The notes below the pieces were generated by a model. It searched no databases, had not been told where the DNA came from, and worked only from the letters and a program-made list of their open reading frames with translations. This document shows, one piece after another, positions 1-13,584 of a stretch of DNA of 64,000 nt. Every line of letters begins with the position of its first letter. Positions within the stretch are counted from its first letter, which is position 1. Made by a program: the position numbers and the translations under genes. Origin of the DNA: Octopus bimaculoides (taxonomy: Eukaryota); NCBI RefSeq assembly GCF_001194135.2, contig NC_068984.1, positions 52,523,807 to 52,587,806 on the forward strand. Reading direction: 5' to 3'.

Positions 1-431
1 TTTTGTTATCCATTCTATAGATAGTTAAGTTCATCTGTGAGTGACTGCTCGAAGAAGGAGAGAAAAAGAGTAAAAAAAATTACCTCCCCGGATTGATGAG
101 TAGAGAGGGTGAAAGTTGCATAGTCCCACTGTAACAAGCCATAAATGAAGTGCTCCTTTTGGCCAGAACTGAATTTGGGTCCTGTATTTATGTTTTCTAA
201 CTAAATTAGGTCAGGTTAAACAGAGGATTATTCATCTGTTATTGGCCTTGACCTCAGTTTGGCTTGAAATGGTTACAAGTTAATAGTTGAGTCTTATGAA
301 TTTCTGAGTGTAAATGCCAAGAATAATAAGAAGGAACTAGTAGAAAAATCTAGGCTAAAGTTTCGAATCTTAGCTAAGAATCTAGGAAGCAATTTGCAAC
401 ATGTTTTTGTACACTTTGAATCATAATTACT

Positions 432-519
432 CAATTCACTCATCAAGTTCACAAACAACCTACGACTACTTCAGTATCAAAATAGTGATAGGTTGTTTGT
501 ATGCTTAACAAGTGAATTG
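432..519 (-). other. 88-nt in-register stem-loop (pre-miRNA-like or decayed palindrome)
   Basis: caattcact(432-440) pairs with agtgaattg(511-519); acaaacaaccta(451-462) with taggttgtttgt(489-500); acta(465-468) with tagt(483-486). Loop is 14 nt, with no bulges. Five C.A mismatches on + become G.U pairs on the minus strand. Confidence 0.45.
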
Positions 520-1165
520 CACAACTATAATTTAATCTCACCAAACAATTCATTGTGTATCTTGTCAGTTGTTGTATATTATACAATTGTAAACTCAGGC
601 TGTTTCGATTTGACACTTTTGATTTTATTGAACATTTTTACACACATGGCTTTTCCTGGCATATCACCATTAATAAAGTTATGTATCTTAAAAGTTTAAT
701 TCCTTTTGTAATTTTAGCCAATAAGACCCATCTAGTTTTTATTATGAAAGGCATCATTTTTCCCTTTTATTTTTGATTTTGGAAACCAGTTATTTAGTGG
801 TGGGGAATTAATAATAATAACTTACTTTTGAGAAGTTAATAATAAATCATTATGCAATCTTAAAGATGAACAATATTTAATGAAAAGAAATGAAACAAAA
901 CCACAAATTAACTTTTACAATGAAAGTGGTTGCAATTTTCATGTCTGAGCCACCAAATAAATTCACTAATGTACAAATCAATCACAGAACAATGAATGCC
1001 ACAACATCATTTATTTGAACTTTTAGGCAGTTCTGTATGCTTTCTATTTGATATGTGGGCCCCACCTTCCAAAATGACAAACTTAGAACTGCTATTCACC
1101 ATTCTATACTGAAAGTCTCTAGGCTGGTATGTGTGGAATACGGGATTAGACTAATCACAAGTCAC

Positions 1166-1198
<33 letters not shown>

Positions 1199-1982
1199 AT
1201 AGTGGTTCTTAGTAGAATTAACGCCCACATGCATATTTCAGGTGTACTGCTGTCGCAACTTGGTACGGCAGACAGAAATATCTGCCAGGTCTTGTAACAC
1301 ACACCTCCAAAAACTTGCTGTTCCAGTAGCACTCTTAGTTGGTTGTATTTGCATCTGGACTTCATCATTTTGTCAACCTTAACTATTATTCCAAGACTGC
1401 CTAACTATACTGGGTTATGAAGTAATCCTCTGCACATAGTTCTTTCATGTAATTGTTGTAATAACTTTGCTGTCAGGGTTCATTTGCAATCCTTCTTCAC
1501 AAAGACAAACAATTGTAAGTTCTTTCATCTGAGAATAACCAAACACAGCTTGGCTTGTTAGCAGAAGAATGCCACCTTCTAACCAGGTTCCTCTCTGTGC
1601 AGACACTAATCTAAATTTGCTTAACTTTTTTTCTGACAGCACTACAAGACATTTCCAACAACAAAAAATATCACCATATTATGTTTTCACTGACAAAACT
1701 TCTTCATCTTTCTTTTCTTCTTTCCTAACTCACTGCATTCTCTTGAACTTTCTATTTCTCCCACAAACTTCTCAAATTCTCTACTCAGTCACTAATGATG
1801 GTCTCAACTGTTTGGTTTCAATTTGTTGCTATAGGAACATATAGCAAACTCAATTTCAATCATGCCAAGAATGGATGGATCTGATTGGCTAAAATTACAA
1901 AAAAAATTTAATTTTTAAAGATTTGTAATTTTTTTAGAATTAATTTCTCCAAAAAATGGTTGGGATTTTCAATCTTTGGCAA

Positions 1983-2026
<44 letters not shown>

Positions 2027-2552
2027 TGACTAATAATAACAAATTACTTTTGTGTTGAAATTTTCGATAAAATCAGAAGTGTCAAAATAAAAAGATCTCT
2101 AAATTCTATCAACCTGATGTTGATTGCTCTATTTCCTTATCTGGCAATCACATCATACACATCATCATCAGTTGGCATGGGTTGGACAGTTCGATATGAA
2201 CTGACAAACCAGAGGGTTGTACCAAGCTCCAATCTCTGTTTTGGAATGGCTTCTACAGCTGGATGCTTTCCCTGATGCTAACCAATTTACAGAGTGTACT
2301 AGGTGCTATTTTCATGGCACCAGCACTGGTGGGATCACCAAGTATCTGCAAGACAAGACCCCTTGACTGAGTTGGGTATAGTATTGAGTGATATGAAAGT
2401 ATAACAGAACAACAGAAACAGGTGAATACATGGCTTCCCTTTCTGGAAAGAAAGAGACATGAGAGGTCAGGGTACAAGGTAACCATACAGATGCATACAC
2501 ACAGGTCAAAAATAAGCTACAAATTACTCTGTCAAATATAATACTTATCTTA

Positions 2553-3006
2553 CGCTTTTACTTGTTTCAGCCATTTGACTGTGGCCATGCCAAACCACCG
2601 CATTAAAGTCAGAAAAAAATGACCCCAGGATTTATTCTTCGTAAGCCTGGTACTTATTTTATCGGTCTCTTTTGCCGAACTGCTATGCTACCAGTACATA
2701 AACACATCAGCAAGCAGTTGTCAAGTGATGGCATGAGGGAAAACACACATACACACACACATAAATGTATACATATATGTATATATTAATATTTTATAAG
2801 CTTGTATATATATATATATATATGTATATATANNNNNNNNNNTGTATATATTAATATTTTATAAGCTTGTATATATATATATATATATGCAGCAGGCTTC
2901 TTTCAGTTTCTGTCTACCAAATCCACTCATAAGGCTTTGGTCAACCCGAGGCTATAGCCGAAGACACTTGCCTTAGGTGCTATGCAGTGGGACTGAACCC
3001 AGAACC
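2553..3006 (-). mobile_element. tRNA-headed composite SINE (family A), decayed copy
   Basis: Same modules as 16780-17160: B-box-like ggttcagtccc on minus, body ttctttcagtttctgtctaccaaatccactc, internal (CA)/(TA) microsatellite, and cttttacttgtttcag tail. Confidence 0.75.
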
Positions 3007-3009
3007 ATT

Positions 3010-3204
3010 TATTCACATTTTATTTATTTACATTTTTTTAAATGAATCATGTATTATCATGCAGCCTAGAGATTTCGATGTTGTGAGTGTTTATTTTTAG
3101 AATGACATTGCAAGGTAGGTGTGAGATGCTGAATCTGGTCTGTATGAACATTAAATAGCTAGAATATTTGGACCAGACATAACTGGCTTAAATACTAAAG
3201 GGTT
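3010..3204 (-). mobile_element. piggyBac-like (TTAA-CCC) MITE, partial
   Basis: Reverse complement of the 17219-17444 element; ends in ctaaagggtt. Confidence 0.5.
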
Positions 3205-3261
3205 TAAAGAAAGAACTTTACCCAAAAGATTATGAAAATAAACGATGCATCTGAGCACTCA

Positions 3262-3595
3262 TCATCATCATCATTTAACGTCCAAGCTGGCATGGGTTGG
3301 ACGGTATGACTGAGTAGTGGCAAACTAGTAGACTGTTCCAATCTGATCTGGCAATATTTCTACAGCTGGATGCCCTTCCTAATGCCAACCACTCCGAGAG
3401 TGTAGCAGGTGCTTTTTACATTCCACTGGCACAGGAGCCAGTCCAGTGGGACTGGCATTAACCACGTTCAGATGGTGCCTTTTATGCGCCACCGGCATGG
3501 GAGCCAGTCAGGGGGCACTGGCTTCGACCATGTTTGGAAAGTGCTTTTTACATGCCACCGGCACAGGGGATCAGTTGCGGGGCACTGGCATTGAC
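3262..3595 (-). mobile_element. RTE LINE 3'-UTR-derived repeat with (GAT)n tail
   Basis: (cat)n-ttaacgtcc...gcatgggttggac...ggatgcccttcctaatgccaaccactc, matching the 3' UTR of the RTE copies at 8310-9030 and 18885-19315. Confidence 0.75.
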
Positions 3596-4449
3596 TCATG
3601 CAAACTCATTACATTAAAAATATTTAACAAAACATTTATGAATTTGTCTTGCAAGATTCCTGATGTGAAAGCCTATGTTGAAACAGATATTGCTATATTT
3701 CAGGATGGTCATTTTTTTTTTTTTTTTTTGCCAAATAAACACATGCACTATATATTCGTTCTTCTGATGTCCATTGACAGGAAATCTTTCATCATACATC
3801 TGTGACCTCTTCAGCAACCCTTTCCATCAATGTGTTTGTTGAAGAGGTCACACATGTGTGATGAATGATTTCCAGACAATGGACATAAAATAAAATAAGN
3901 NNNNNNNNNNNNNNNNNNNNNNNNNNNNNNNNNNNNNNNNNNNNNNNNNNNNNNNNNNNNNNNNNNNNNNNNNNNNNNNNNNNNNNNNNNNNNNNNNNNN
4001 NNNNNNNNNNNNNNNNNNNNNNNNNNNNNNNNNNNNNNNNNNNNNNNNNNNNNNNNNNNNNNNNNNNNNNNNNNNNNNNNNNNNNNNNNNNNNNNNNNNN
4101 NNNNNNNNNNNNNNNNNNNNNNNNNNNNNNNNNNNNNNNNNNNNNNNNNNNNNNNNNNNNNNNNNNNNNNNNNNNNNNNNNNNNNNNNNNNNNNNNNNNN
4201 NNNNNNNNNNNNNNNNNNNNNNNNNNNNNNNNNNNNNNNNNNNNNNNNNNNNNNNNNNNNNNNNNNNNNNNNNNNNNNNNNNNNNNNNNNNNNNNNNNNN
4301 NNNNNNNNNNNNNNNNNNNNNNNNNNNNNNNNNNNNNNNNNNNNNNNNNNNNNNNNNNNNNNNNNNNNNNNNNNNNNNNNNNNNNNNNNNNNNNNNNNNN
4401 NNNNNNNNNNNNNNNNNNNNNNNNNNNNNNNNNNNNNNNNNNNNNNNNN

Positions 4450-4499
<50 letters not shown>

Positions 4500-4807
4500 G
4501 CACACAATATGAGTATTTTAAAAATAAACATAGGTATATATTTGTAAATGAATGTATGAAAGTGTACATGAAAAAATAAAAAAATTACCAAAAATCAGCT
4601 AAAGAAAAAAGATTGTTTGTGTCATAGGCGAACAGATGTTAAAATGATGATGATTATGATGATAATGAAGTTGGTAGCTAGGCAACATTATCTAAAATAA
4701 CCATCTTTTTAAGCTTGCAAGATCTTCACTTGTTTTTTATGGTTCACTTTGTTAGTGTTTTAGAAATGGGGTGGTGAAAGAAAAGGAGAGATGTGTGGGG
4801 GGGAGAG

Positions 4808-4885
4808 TTACTACTACTACTACTGCTGCTGCTGCTTCTGCTACTACTACTACTACTACTACAACAACAAGCAACAGCAGCAGAC
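4808..4885. repeat. compound trinucleotide microsatellite (TAC)n(TGC)n(TAC)n(AAC)(AGC)
   Basis: Read directly from the sequence. Confidence 0.85.
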
Positions 4886-5562
4886 AAGAAGTTGACCCTA
4901 AAGAAGAGACTGTTTGTTGCAGGCTAGCTCGTTAGCAGAAATGGACAGTAGGGAAAATATTTGGGATGAAATGGAAAGGAAAAAAAACGAAATGGAAACA
5001 TAATTCCAAAAGTCAGGGAAATGTAAGGTGAGGGTTGGGGGTTATTCTTTATGGGGTGAAAAAAAAACTGGGATCTACTTACTGCTTATTTTATAAAGTA
5101 GTTCTTAGGGAAAAAAATCTAGGAGTGGTTTTGTCTGAATGTATGAGAAATTTTGTTTGTCACTAATAGACTAAAGGTGTTGTTTAGCCCCAGGTTAGCT
5201 TTGATTGGATAGACCTATGATAAAGCATTCATCTTATTTTCTGACAAAGTCGCTACATTAAAAACATGCATAGCCTCATGGCTAAGAAGTTTACATTGCA
5301 AGCTATATGATCTTGGGGTATGGTCTCAACATGGGGCATCATGGTCAAGTGTTTTTGACTGGAGTCTCAGGCTGACCAATGCCTTGTGAGGGAAACTGGT
5401 AGAAAGAACAGTTAAGAAGTGTGTTGTATACGTATGTGTATGTATATATGTATGTGTGTCAGCAGATGTGTGTGTGTGTTTATATGTCTGTCTTTACATT
5501 AGCACTGCCTGAAAGAAAAAAAACTTTATGTCTTGTAATTTAACAGTGCAACAACTAATAGG

Positions 5563-5880
5563 AGCCCCCTTCAGTCATGAATGACCATGGGTTTCCACCT
5601 AGAAAGTTACCCTCTGAAGCACAAGTCCAGGCATGGTTGTTTTGTGGAAGACTAGCACTCACCCATGCATACCAGTCTCCCTTTTCCACACCACTAATGT
5701 TATCCAAGGGAAAGGCAAACACCAAAATAGCTTGGCACTGGTGATGCTGCAACTCATTTCTACAGCTGAGTGAACCGGAGCAACATGAAAGAACACAATA
5801 CACAGTCTGGTATGAGAATCAAACTCACTGCCTCATAATTGTGAGCCTGATGTTCTAACCACTGAGCCATGCACCTTCCT
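5563..5880 (-). mobile_element. tRNA-headed SINE (family B)
   Basis: On minus it begins gaaggtgcatggctcagtggttagaacatcaggctc (A-box-like), followed by a B-box-like gtttgattctc, the domain gttgctccggttcactcagctgtagaaatgagttgc, and a distinct tail ending catgactgaaggggg. Confidence 0.6.
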
Positions 5881-6538
5881 TTGACATCACAAAAATAAAC
5901 ATTACACTGAAAAATAAATACTGGGTCAATATAATTGTCTAAAACAATGGTTCTCAACTGGGGTTCCATTATAGCCCTTGAGGGTACATATAAAATTGTG
6001 TTGTTGAAATTTATCTGTAATAAATTGGTTATATACTTCTACACAAAATATTAACAGTTTTTTTTATATAATTTCTTATATTTAATTATAATAAGCAGTG
6101 GTGGGAGACAAACACAGACACAAAAACATGTGCACACACACACATACAATATATATACATATGGCAGTCTTCTTTCAGTTTCTGTCTATCAAATCTACTC
6201 ACATGGCTTTGGTCAGTCTGAGACAATAGTAGAAGACACCTGACCAAAGTGCCACGCAGTGGGACCAAACCCTGAACCATGTGGTCAAGAAGCAAGCTTC
6301 TTATTGGTTATGCTTCTACAATATCATCCAACCCATGCTAGCATGGAAAGCGGACGTAATACCAGTAATATTTCAAAACTAACAGAAGTAGCAATAATGT
6401 ATATATTTCATCATCATTTTAATGTTTGCATGGATCAGATGGAATTTGTTGAGGCAGATTTTCTACAGCCAAATACTCTTTGTGTTACCAACTTTTAACT
6501 GTTTCCAAGCAAGGTAATATTTCTTCATAGCTAGACTT

Positions 6539-6576
<38 letters not shown>

Positions 6577-6904
6577 CAGGCTTCTTTGAGTTTCCACAAC
6601 CAAATCCACTCAGAAGGCTTTGGTCAGCCCAGAACTAAAATAAAAGACCCTTGCTCAAAGTGTCACACAGTGGGACTGAACCCAGAACTATGCAGTTAGG
6701 AAATAAACTTCTTAGCCACACAGCCACTCCAGTAAGACCTCCCAGTTGTGTCCTGTATTGAAGGCAACTGCTTCGGTGAATTGCTACAATAACTTATTAG
6801 ATTTTGTAGGAAATTGTAATAGTCAAGTCCCAATACTATAAAACAAATAACCAAATGTGAAATTGCTAATGATTCTCTCTGTTTATCCAAAGTAAAGCTG
6901 TCCT

Positions 6905-9030
6905 GACTTTTTATTTTGATTTTTCAAAATCTAAATGAGAGATTTAGTGATCAACCATATTGATTTTCATAATCAGTATCACTATACTCCCACCTATCCC
7001 CATCAGGTCACGAAAGTTACAGAAAGGGTCATGGGTCAACTAATTAGGAAGAGAGTTAACCTTGAAGAGATGCAGCTGGTTTTGTGCCAGGAAGAATCAC
7101 TACCGATGCTATCTTCCTAGTAAGAGAAGCACTTAGCCGAAAATGAACTTCTGTGCTTGGCTTTTGTCAACAAGGAGAAAGAAAGCCTTTAATAGGGTCC
7201 CTGATTCCTTATCTGTTGGTCAATGCAGAAGCTAGGAATAGATAAGTGGCTAGTGAGAGCCATGGATGCTGTCAATAAGATGAAAGCTGACAATGAGTAT
7301 AGCAACAAATTTAGCATACAGGTAGGAGTTTGCCAAGGATTGGTTCTCAGCACCCTCTGTTATGGCCTGGCCATAACAGGAATTTAAGACTTATTGTCTT
7401 TGGGAACTCCTCAACACTAATAACCTTGTTTTTATAGCTGAATCTCTTTCAGGTGTTGATTGCTAGGTCTGGAATCAAATGAGAGTTAATTTAGCAAAGA
7501 CTAATGTCTCAGTAAGCAGGAAAGCAGACAAATCATCAATCTCTTAGGGGAGAAGGCCCTGCTCAGTATGTAGAAAAGGTGTAAGTAGGAATTTCATATG
7601 GTGCATCCAGTGCAAGCTATAGGCAGATAAGAGGTGCAGCAGTATCATAGGAATATTAACAGAGAAAGTAGTCTTTTTGTGTGGCAGATGTGCAGGTGCC
7701 ATAATCACTGAGAATGCACAAGAAACAGATTCCCTCCAATATCTTGGAGGATCATTAGAAGTACTAGATAGCTTCTGTTACCTAGGTAACCAAGTTAGTT
7801 GTGGTGGAGGATGCTCTGGAGCATAGTTGCCAGAATAAGAATAGGCTGGACAAAGTTCAGAGATCTACTACTTCTGTAGAGTGAAAGGTAGACTGAATGA
7901 TGCCTGTGTATAGACAGCTATGCCACATGGCAGTAAAACATGTGCTGTAACTGGAGAGGACATGCAAAGGTTTAAGAAAAATGAAGCCAACATGCTCTGC
8001 TAGATGTGCAATGTCAGTGTGGATATATAACAGAGTGCAAATGTTCTAAGAGAAAAATTGGATACATGATGCATCAGATGTAGTGTGCAAGAAAGAAAAT
8101 GTGCTGGTATGGTCATGTGATGTGTATGAATGAAGAGATCTGCATGAAAAAATGCAAATCTCTAACTGTGGAGAGAACCTGTGGAATAAGTAGATCCAGG
8201 AAGACATGGGATGAAGTGATGAGAAATGATCTTCAGATGTTGAGCCTCACAGAGGAGCTGGCAAGGGACTGAGACATCTGGTGATTCACTGTGCTGGAAA
8301 AGACATGTCAAGCAAATTAAAATTGTAGCCATGCCCTCCCCACATACCCACAGACACATAATCTGTTCTCTCTCAAAACTACCCCACAACCCATCTTACC
8401 AAAACCCCACAGCCCACCACCAGCAGTAGGCCCTTCCACTATCCCTTACATGCCTACCCATACACTCTCCATTTCCTCATATCTACCATAGCACCCACCT
8501 CTAGTCACTCCTGTTTATCACCCCATCACTTGCTACAGTCACCTCTTCCTCTGTCTCTAAACATCTCCCCTCACACTCTTATGGAACATCCCTCTCTGTC
8601 CCTTCTGTATCACTTCTCTCTTACCTTCTATCTATCTTTCTTTCTAACTCTAGCTTTCCCTCCTCTCCTTTCTTTTCCAACTGGGGAAACCAAACATCTC
8701 ATCTATAGTAAGACACCTATCTCTATCCTTCCAATATACTTTAACCTCTCAACTGGCACAAAGCCACCTCCCTCTGTTCCACTTCCTCTCCCAACTGAGA
8801 GGTTTTCATCTCACAAGTTACTTGGCAACCCTGCTGATGTTGGTGCTACATAAAAAGCACCAGTGCCAATTCCACATAAAAAGGCACCCAGTACACTCTG
8901 CAAAGTGGTTGGTGTTAGGAAGGATATCAAGCCATAAAGACCATGCAGTTCTTAACTTGTCTTGCCTAGCTCCTGTCAAACTGTCCAACCCATGCTTGCA
9001 TGAAAGATGTATGTTAAATGTTGATGATTA
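6905..9030 (+). mobile_element. RTE-clade LINE relic: decayed ORF2 (reverse transcriptase to C-terminus) plus 3' UTR
   Basis: Broken frames recall RTE RT motifs: QVGVCQGLVLSTL (~7320, cf. VGVHQGSVLSPLLF), WELLNTNNLVFIAES (~7400, cf. ELLYADDL.LIAES), RVNLAKTNV, LEVLDSFCYLG, AMPHGSKTCAV, RKCAGMVM. ORF end ~8310; 3' UTR with aaaagcacc units and gatgat tail at ~9020. Confidence 0.8.
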
Positions 9031-9777
9031 TAAATATTAATGTGCTTTGTTAAGGAGGTATAATGAGTCTGAAATATGCCTATTGTTTTCAGTATCTGGC
9101 TTTAAAAACAGATCCATTTACATTGTCTATTGCTGTTCCAAAATTTTGATCACTTAATTTTCTTAGAATTATCTCTCTTGTTTTTCTTTTCTTTAAACAA
9201 AGATTTCAAGCATCTTTAGAAGGATTTTTGTGTAATTGTTTGAATACTCTCAGTTGATAGAAGTTTTCCATCTTACAATATTACATGTGTGGGACCCTAC
9301 TATATTAGTTTTTGTAGGACCATTTATACTGATGTGGTCTATGTAGTTTGAAATTGTGAAGGTTGGTGCATGGAGGGAGATCATAAGCCAATGAGGGAAC
9401 CTCTACATGGTCAATGAACCTGCTAGAAACAGCATTTGAATACTCTTCCATCTTAAAAAATGGAAGAACATATTGAATAATGTAGTTCTAGATACACTGT
9501 ATCTGAATAAAATATGAAATAGTCATGACTGAAATGCTTTTAGCCATAGGTCTATTCAAGCTGACTTAGGGGTAAACAATATGAGAAGAAAGGGAGTTCC
9601 AGTGGGTTACAGTTTCTAAAGTTTACGGTGAAGTACTCAGTAAATAAAAGGTGATCGAATTGGTTGGTGCAAAGCTATTTAGTTCAATTGAAACTACACC
9701 AAAGTAGACAGTGGAACATGGTGCAATCTTTATATCCATCAGATTCTGTCAAACTGCTCAGTCAATGCCAGGATGGG

Positions 9778-10160
9778 ACATCCTCATCATCATTTAATGC
9801 TTGTTTTCCATGCTGGCATGGATCATTTGACATGGAACTGATGAGCTGCAGTACAGTGTCAAACTCTACTGTTTGCTTTTGCATGATTTCTAAGGCTGGG
9901 TACCCTTCCTAACCTAACCACTTTACAGTGTACAGGGCGCTTTTTTTATGTGGTACCAGCAAGCAACTTGCAAAACAAAACCTTTCAACAAAAGTATTGA
10001 GACAGGATGGCTTTGTGCCATGTGATGAGAGGTTAAAGTATGATGGAGGGACAGAAACAAATGCTTTGCTGCGGAGGAAGTACATGGTTACCTCAGTTGG
10101 AAAAATGAGAGAAGAGAGAGAAGATGGTGAAGCTGTGTCAGGGTGTATCCTCAAGTTACA
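9778..10160 (-). mobile_element. RTE 3'-UTR-derived repeat
   Basis: catcatcatttaatgcttgttttccatgctggcatgg...ccttcctaacctaaccactttacagtgtac, same family as 17498 and 61650. Confidence 0.6.
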
Positions 10161-10369
10161 GGGAGGAACAATGATGTCAAATGATGATGTTGACGGTGGT
10201 GGTGGTGGTTTTGCTGCTGCTGCTGTATGATGATGATGATGAAAGTTTAGGAAATTTATACTTACTTTGTTTTATGAATCATATTCGTGTTTAACAAAAT
10301 TACAAACAACACATTTTTTCAAGATGTTCAAGCATTAGTATGGAATTTCTATTTCTGGTGTGCTCATAA

Positions 10370-10745
10370 TACCTACTGCTCCAGTGCATCTGTCACATAC
10401 GAAGCTTACTTTCTATGTTAATTTGCCTGTGATTCAACTACACTTCTTATGTGTCCATAGCTTACAATGGGCACAGCACATGAAGTTTATACCTACTTCT
10501 TCCCAGCATATCAAACAAGATCATTTCTTCTAAAGGTACCAAGTTCTTGACTTCTTTCCTACTTAGTAAAACGTTAGTCTTTGCTAAGTTTATATGGAGG
10601 CCTAATGAGTCTAAGTTTAGCTTCCTCTCTAATTCCCCTATGAAAACTAAGTCATCAGTACAGAGGAGTTCCCATGACATCCAGTCTTAAACTCATCTGT
10701 GATGGCCTGTAGGACTACGATGAAAAGGAGAGGACTAAGGATTGC
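10370..10745 (-). mobile_element. RTE reverse transcriptase fragment
   Basis: ORF 10462-10680 (-): SWELLCTDDLVFIGE...LGLHINLAKTNVLLSRK, a decayed YADD motif with the RTE-typical L.VN..KTKV. Confidence 0.75.
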
Positions 10746-12877
10746 ATCTTAATGAACTCCTACCTTCATGCTATATTTATTGATGAAACTGTTGTTGACT
10801 CTTATTTTATTTACTGCATCTTTGTTCACAGCTTGTACAGCCTCACAAGCCATTCATCTACACTTAGTTTCCTTAGTGACCACCAAATAATAACTGAATA
10901 TGGTATTCTGTCAAACACCTTCTCCAAATCAACAAAAGCCAGATACATCTTTGTTCTAAATTCTTAAAAGTTTTTTTTTTAATTAGTTTCAGCTCAAGGA
11001 TTGTTTTTTTGTTTTTTTTTTCTTGTTGATATTTCTTTATAAAGTGCACAAAATTTTTGCTTGTTCCCCTGGGCACCATCAAGACAAAAAGGTTAAGAAC
11101 CACATATAGGATAAGAAGGTATTTAAGCAAAAATCATACAGCTCTATTTTGAACTATAAATGCTTGGGTTTTAGCTGTTATAGTTTAGCCCAAGTCAACC
11201 CCAAATGAACAAACTTAAAATGTATTTTGGTTATGAGCATCCTATCTTTTTAGGAGTATGTGAGACTACATTATCTAATTATGCAATGTGTCCTTTTCTT
11301 ATATAAGCTTGTAGTGTGTGAAATGTGAGAGATTTAATTGGTCTTTCTAGCACACTGGGTGACCTTAGAGATGCTCCTGCATTGGGATTTTTGGTGTAAA
11401 TTGTAAAGAATGTAGCCAGTCAGTAACTGGTGATATTATCTTACAAATGTTATTTCCTTTTAACTTTTTTTTTATATCTCTCTATTGTGATCAGAAAGAT
11501 GATGTTGAACCAATCAGATACCTACTGTGTGAGAGGTTAATGAGTAGTTCATTGGTTGAGTGTAGAGGCCAGTAGGTAAAGTAGGTGTTAGGAAAAGAGA
11601 GAGAGACAGAGAGAGAGATGTGTTGTTTGGTGAATTAGTCTCTATAAGATATGTAACGATATACAACCAGAGAGATATGGCTGTCTTTTTAGGTCACTTG
11701 GTGAACGTGTTTATGTTTGTGTCATTAATGTAGGAATGTGTTAAGATAATATCGAGATAGGTTGTTTGTGGAGAGTTGAAGAACTGAGTTTTATGTTATT
11801 GTGAAATTTAAGGTTTATGGGGGCAAAAGTCTGTATCTGGTGAGAAGCTTTTGCAGCTGCTGTTGATGTTGCTTAGTTCAAGGTCAGCCTTCATCAAAAA
11901 CATTTCTAGGCATGATCACTTCTTCAAGCATAATATATCTACGTCTGCATTGTCCAAGCTGCCCTTTTTTAAGGTGGTGTAATGTGTTTGAGTTTGACTT
12001 GGCTGTTATTTCTAGCAGGTTGAGTAACTGCTTTGAGCTGAGGTTCTCAACCATTTTTTTAATCTATGAACCCCTTTGATTACTATTTTACTCTGGTGGA
12101 CCTGCAAAACCATTCAATTTTTAAAAACTAGCTTTATAGAAACTTCCTTCAAAAGTCCTATTGTGTTGGTTAAACTATGTAAAATGTTAGAGGAGGAAAT
12201 CTAGCTGTTTCTTGCAGTAAATACATCAAATGCAAAATGTTTTCGCAGACCCTTAATATACTATTGTGGGTACCCAATTTACTGTTTTGCCTGTGTGGAC
12301 CCTGCCAAAATCTTATATGAACCCCAAGGGGGTCATGCTTGGAGAAAACATGAGCAACCTATTTTGCAAAGTAGACTGCATGCTCATCATCAGGCAACCT
12401 ATACTACTAATGAATTTCAAGGTAATATCTTACTGGGTATGCCTTTCAGAAAGTTCTGTAGGCCACTGTTTGCCCATGATTGGCTTAGAGCCTCACCCGT
12501 TGGCTTTTGTTCCAATTCAACTGATACAGTAGACTTACAACCATTATTATCCCAATCATGACCATTCAGTTTTTATTTTAGACAAAGTGTATCAAAGACT
12601 ACATCATCCACATTCAAACATTTTTTTAAGATGGTAGGGTGATTTGGCTTCTATTTGTGGCAGCAAGTCGAGTGACTACATAAAGATTCCCTCTTTGGCT
12701 TGGAACTGCTTCTGCAGTTAATTTGCTGTGGTGAGCGAGTGTATTAGTATGGATTGTTTAGAATATGTACACAGTTTGCCTGAAGTATAACTTGTTTGTT
12801 TTCTCTATTACATATGTTATTTATGTCCTATGAAACGATCATGGTGAGAATACTTCGAGCATATTGTCTTACACAGT

Positions 12878-13156
12878 AGTTAGTGTTAACATATTTAAAG
12901 TAGAGAAAATATTATATAACTATATACAAGTTAGTGTTAACTCATTAAAGCAAAGAAGTACACTCTGTAGCCAAATAGAATTTTGAACTAACATATTTAA
13001 TGCAGTGAACATATTAACTACAAAGTAGTTAGATAATATGTTCTCTACAATAAATGTTAGCATATTATCCAAGAAGCCTATTATCCAATTATATTATCTA
13101 GCTGCATAAAAGTTAGTGTTAACATATTTAATGCAGATAATATCTAACTACATAGA
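12878..13156. repeat. AT-rich minisatellite (~45-50 bp unit) with direct and one inverted copy
   Basis: Unit agttagtgttaacatatttaa.g.ag..aatatt.t.taacta recurs at ~12878, 12930, 12990 and 13111; an inverted copy lies at ~13025-13062. Confidence 0.55.
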
Positions 13157-13584
13157 GATTGTACAGTTGTTGCCAGCTGTCATTCACAAGCACATATGGC
13201 TCGGTAACAACTACCATGCTTTTTGGTAATTGTTATACATGCTTCTGTTGTGAGCAGACATAGACATCCTCTCAGCCCTCTTCACTTTTGAACCAATCAG
13301 GATGTAACAGCTGGGAGAAGAAGAAAAGGGCTGCACTAACACACTGGCTAGTATTCACTGCAGGTGAAAATACTTGAGCAACAGGAAATTTAATTAATAA
13401 TTTGGTCAAAAGCAAAATGCATCATGCAGTCCAGGAAATGAACCTTGTTCAATTCCTGGACTGAATAAAACATGCTCACCACTAGGCTACATATTTTTAC
13501 ACACAGAATTTGGTATTTAGATATTTAATATAAGGAGCTTATTATCTTACTATAAAGAAATTTGTGTTAAGATATTTAGTATAG

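Noticed and set aside
452-476. let-7-like string on minus (tgaagtagtcgtaggttgtttgt)
   Set aside because: The seed differs (GAAGTA versus GAGGTA), there is a 3-nt insertion, and it sits on the 3' arm whereas let-7 is 5p. Not let-7.
1245-1700. Nearly open minus frame (KKLSKFRLVSAQRGTWLEGGILLL...)
   Set aside because: No recognisable motif and no convincing splice sites; it could be an old transposon relic but cannot be supported.
2773-2890. Direct repeat tgtatatattaatattttataagcttgtatata
   Set aside because: It flanks a 10-N gap, so it is an assembly overlap artefact.
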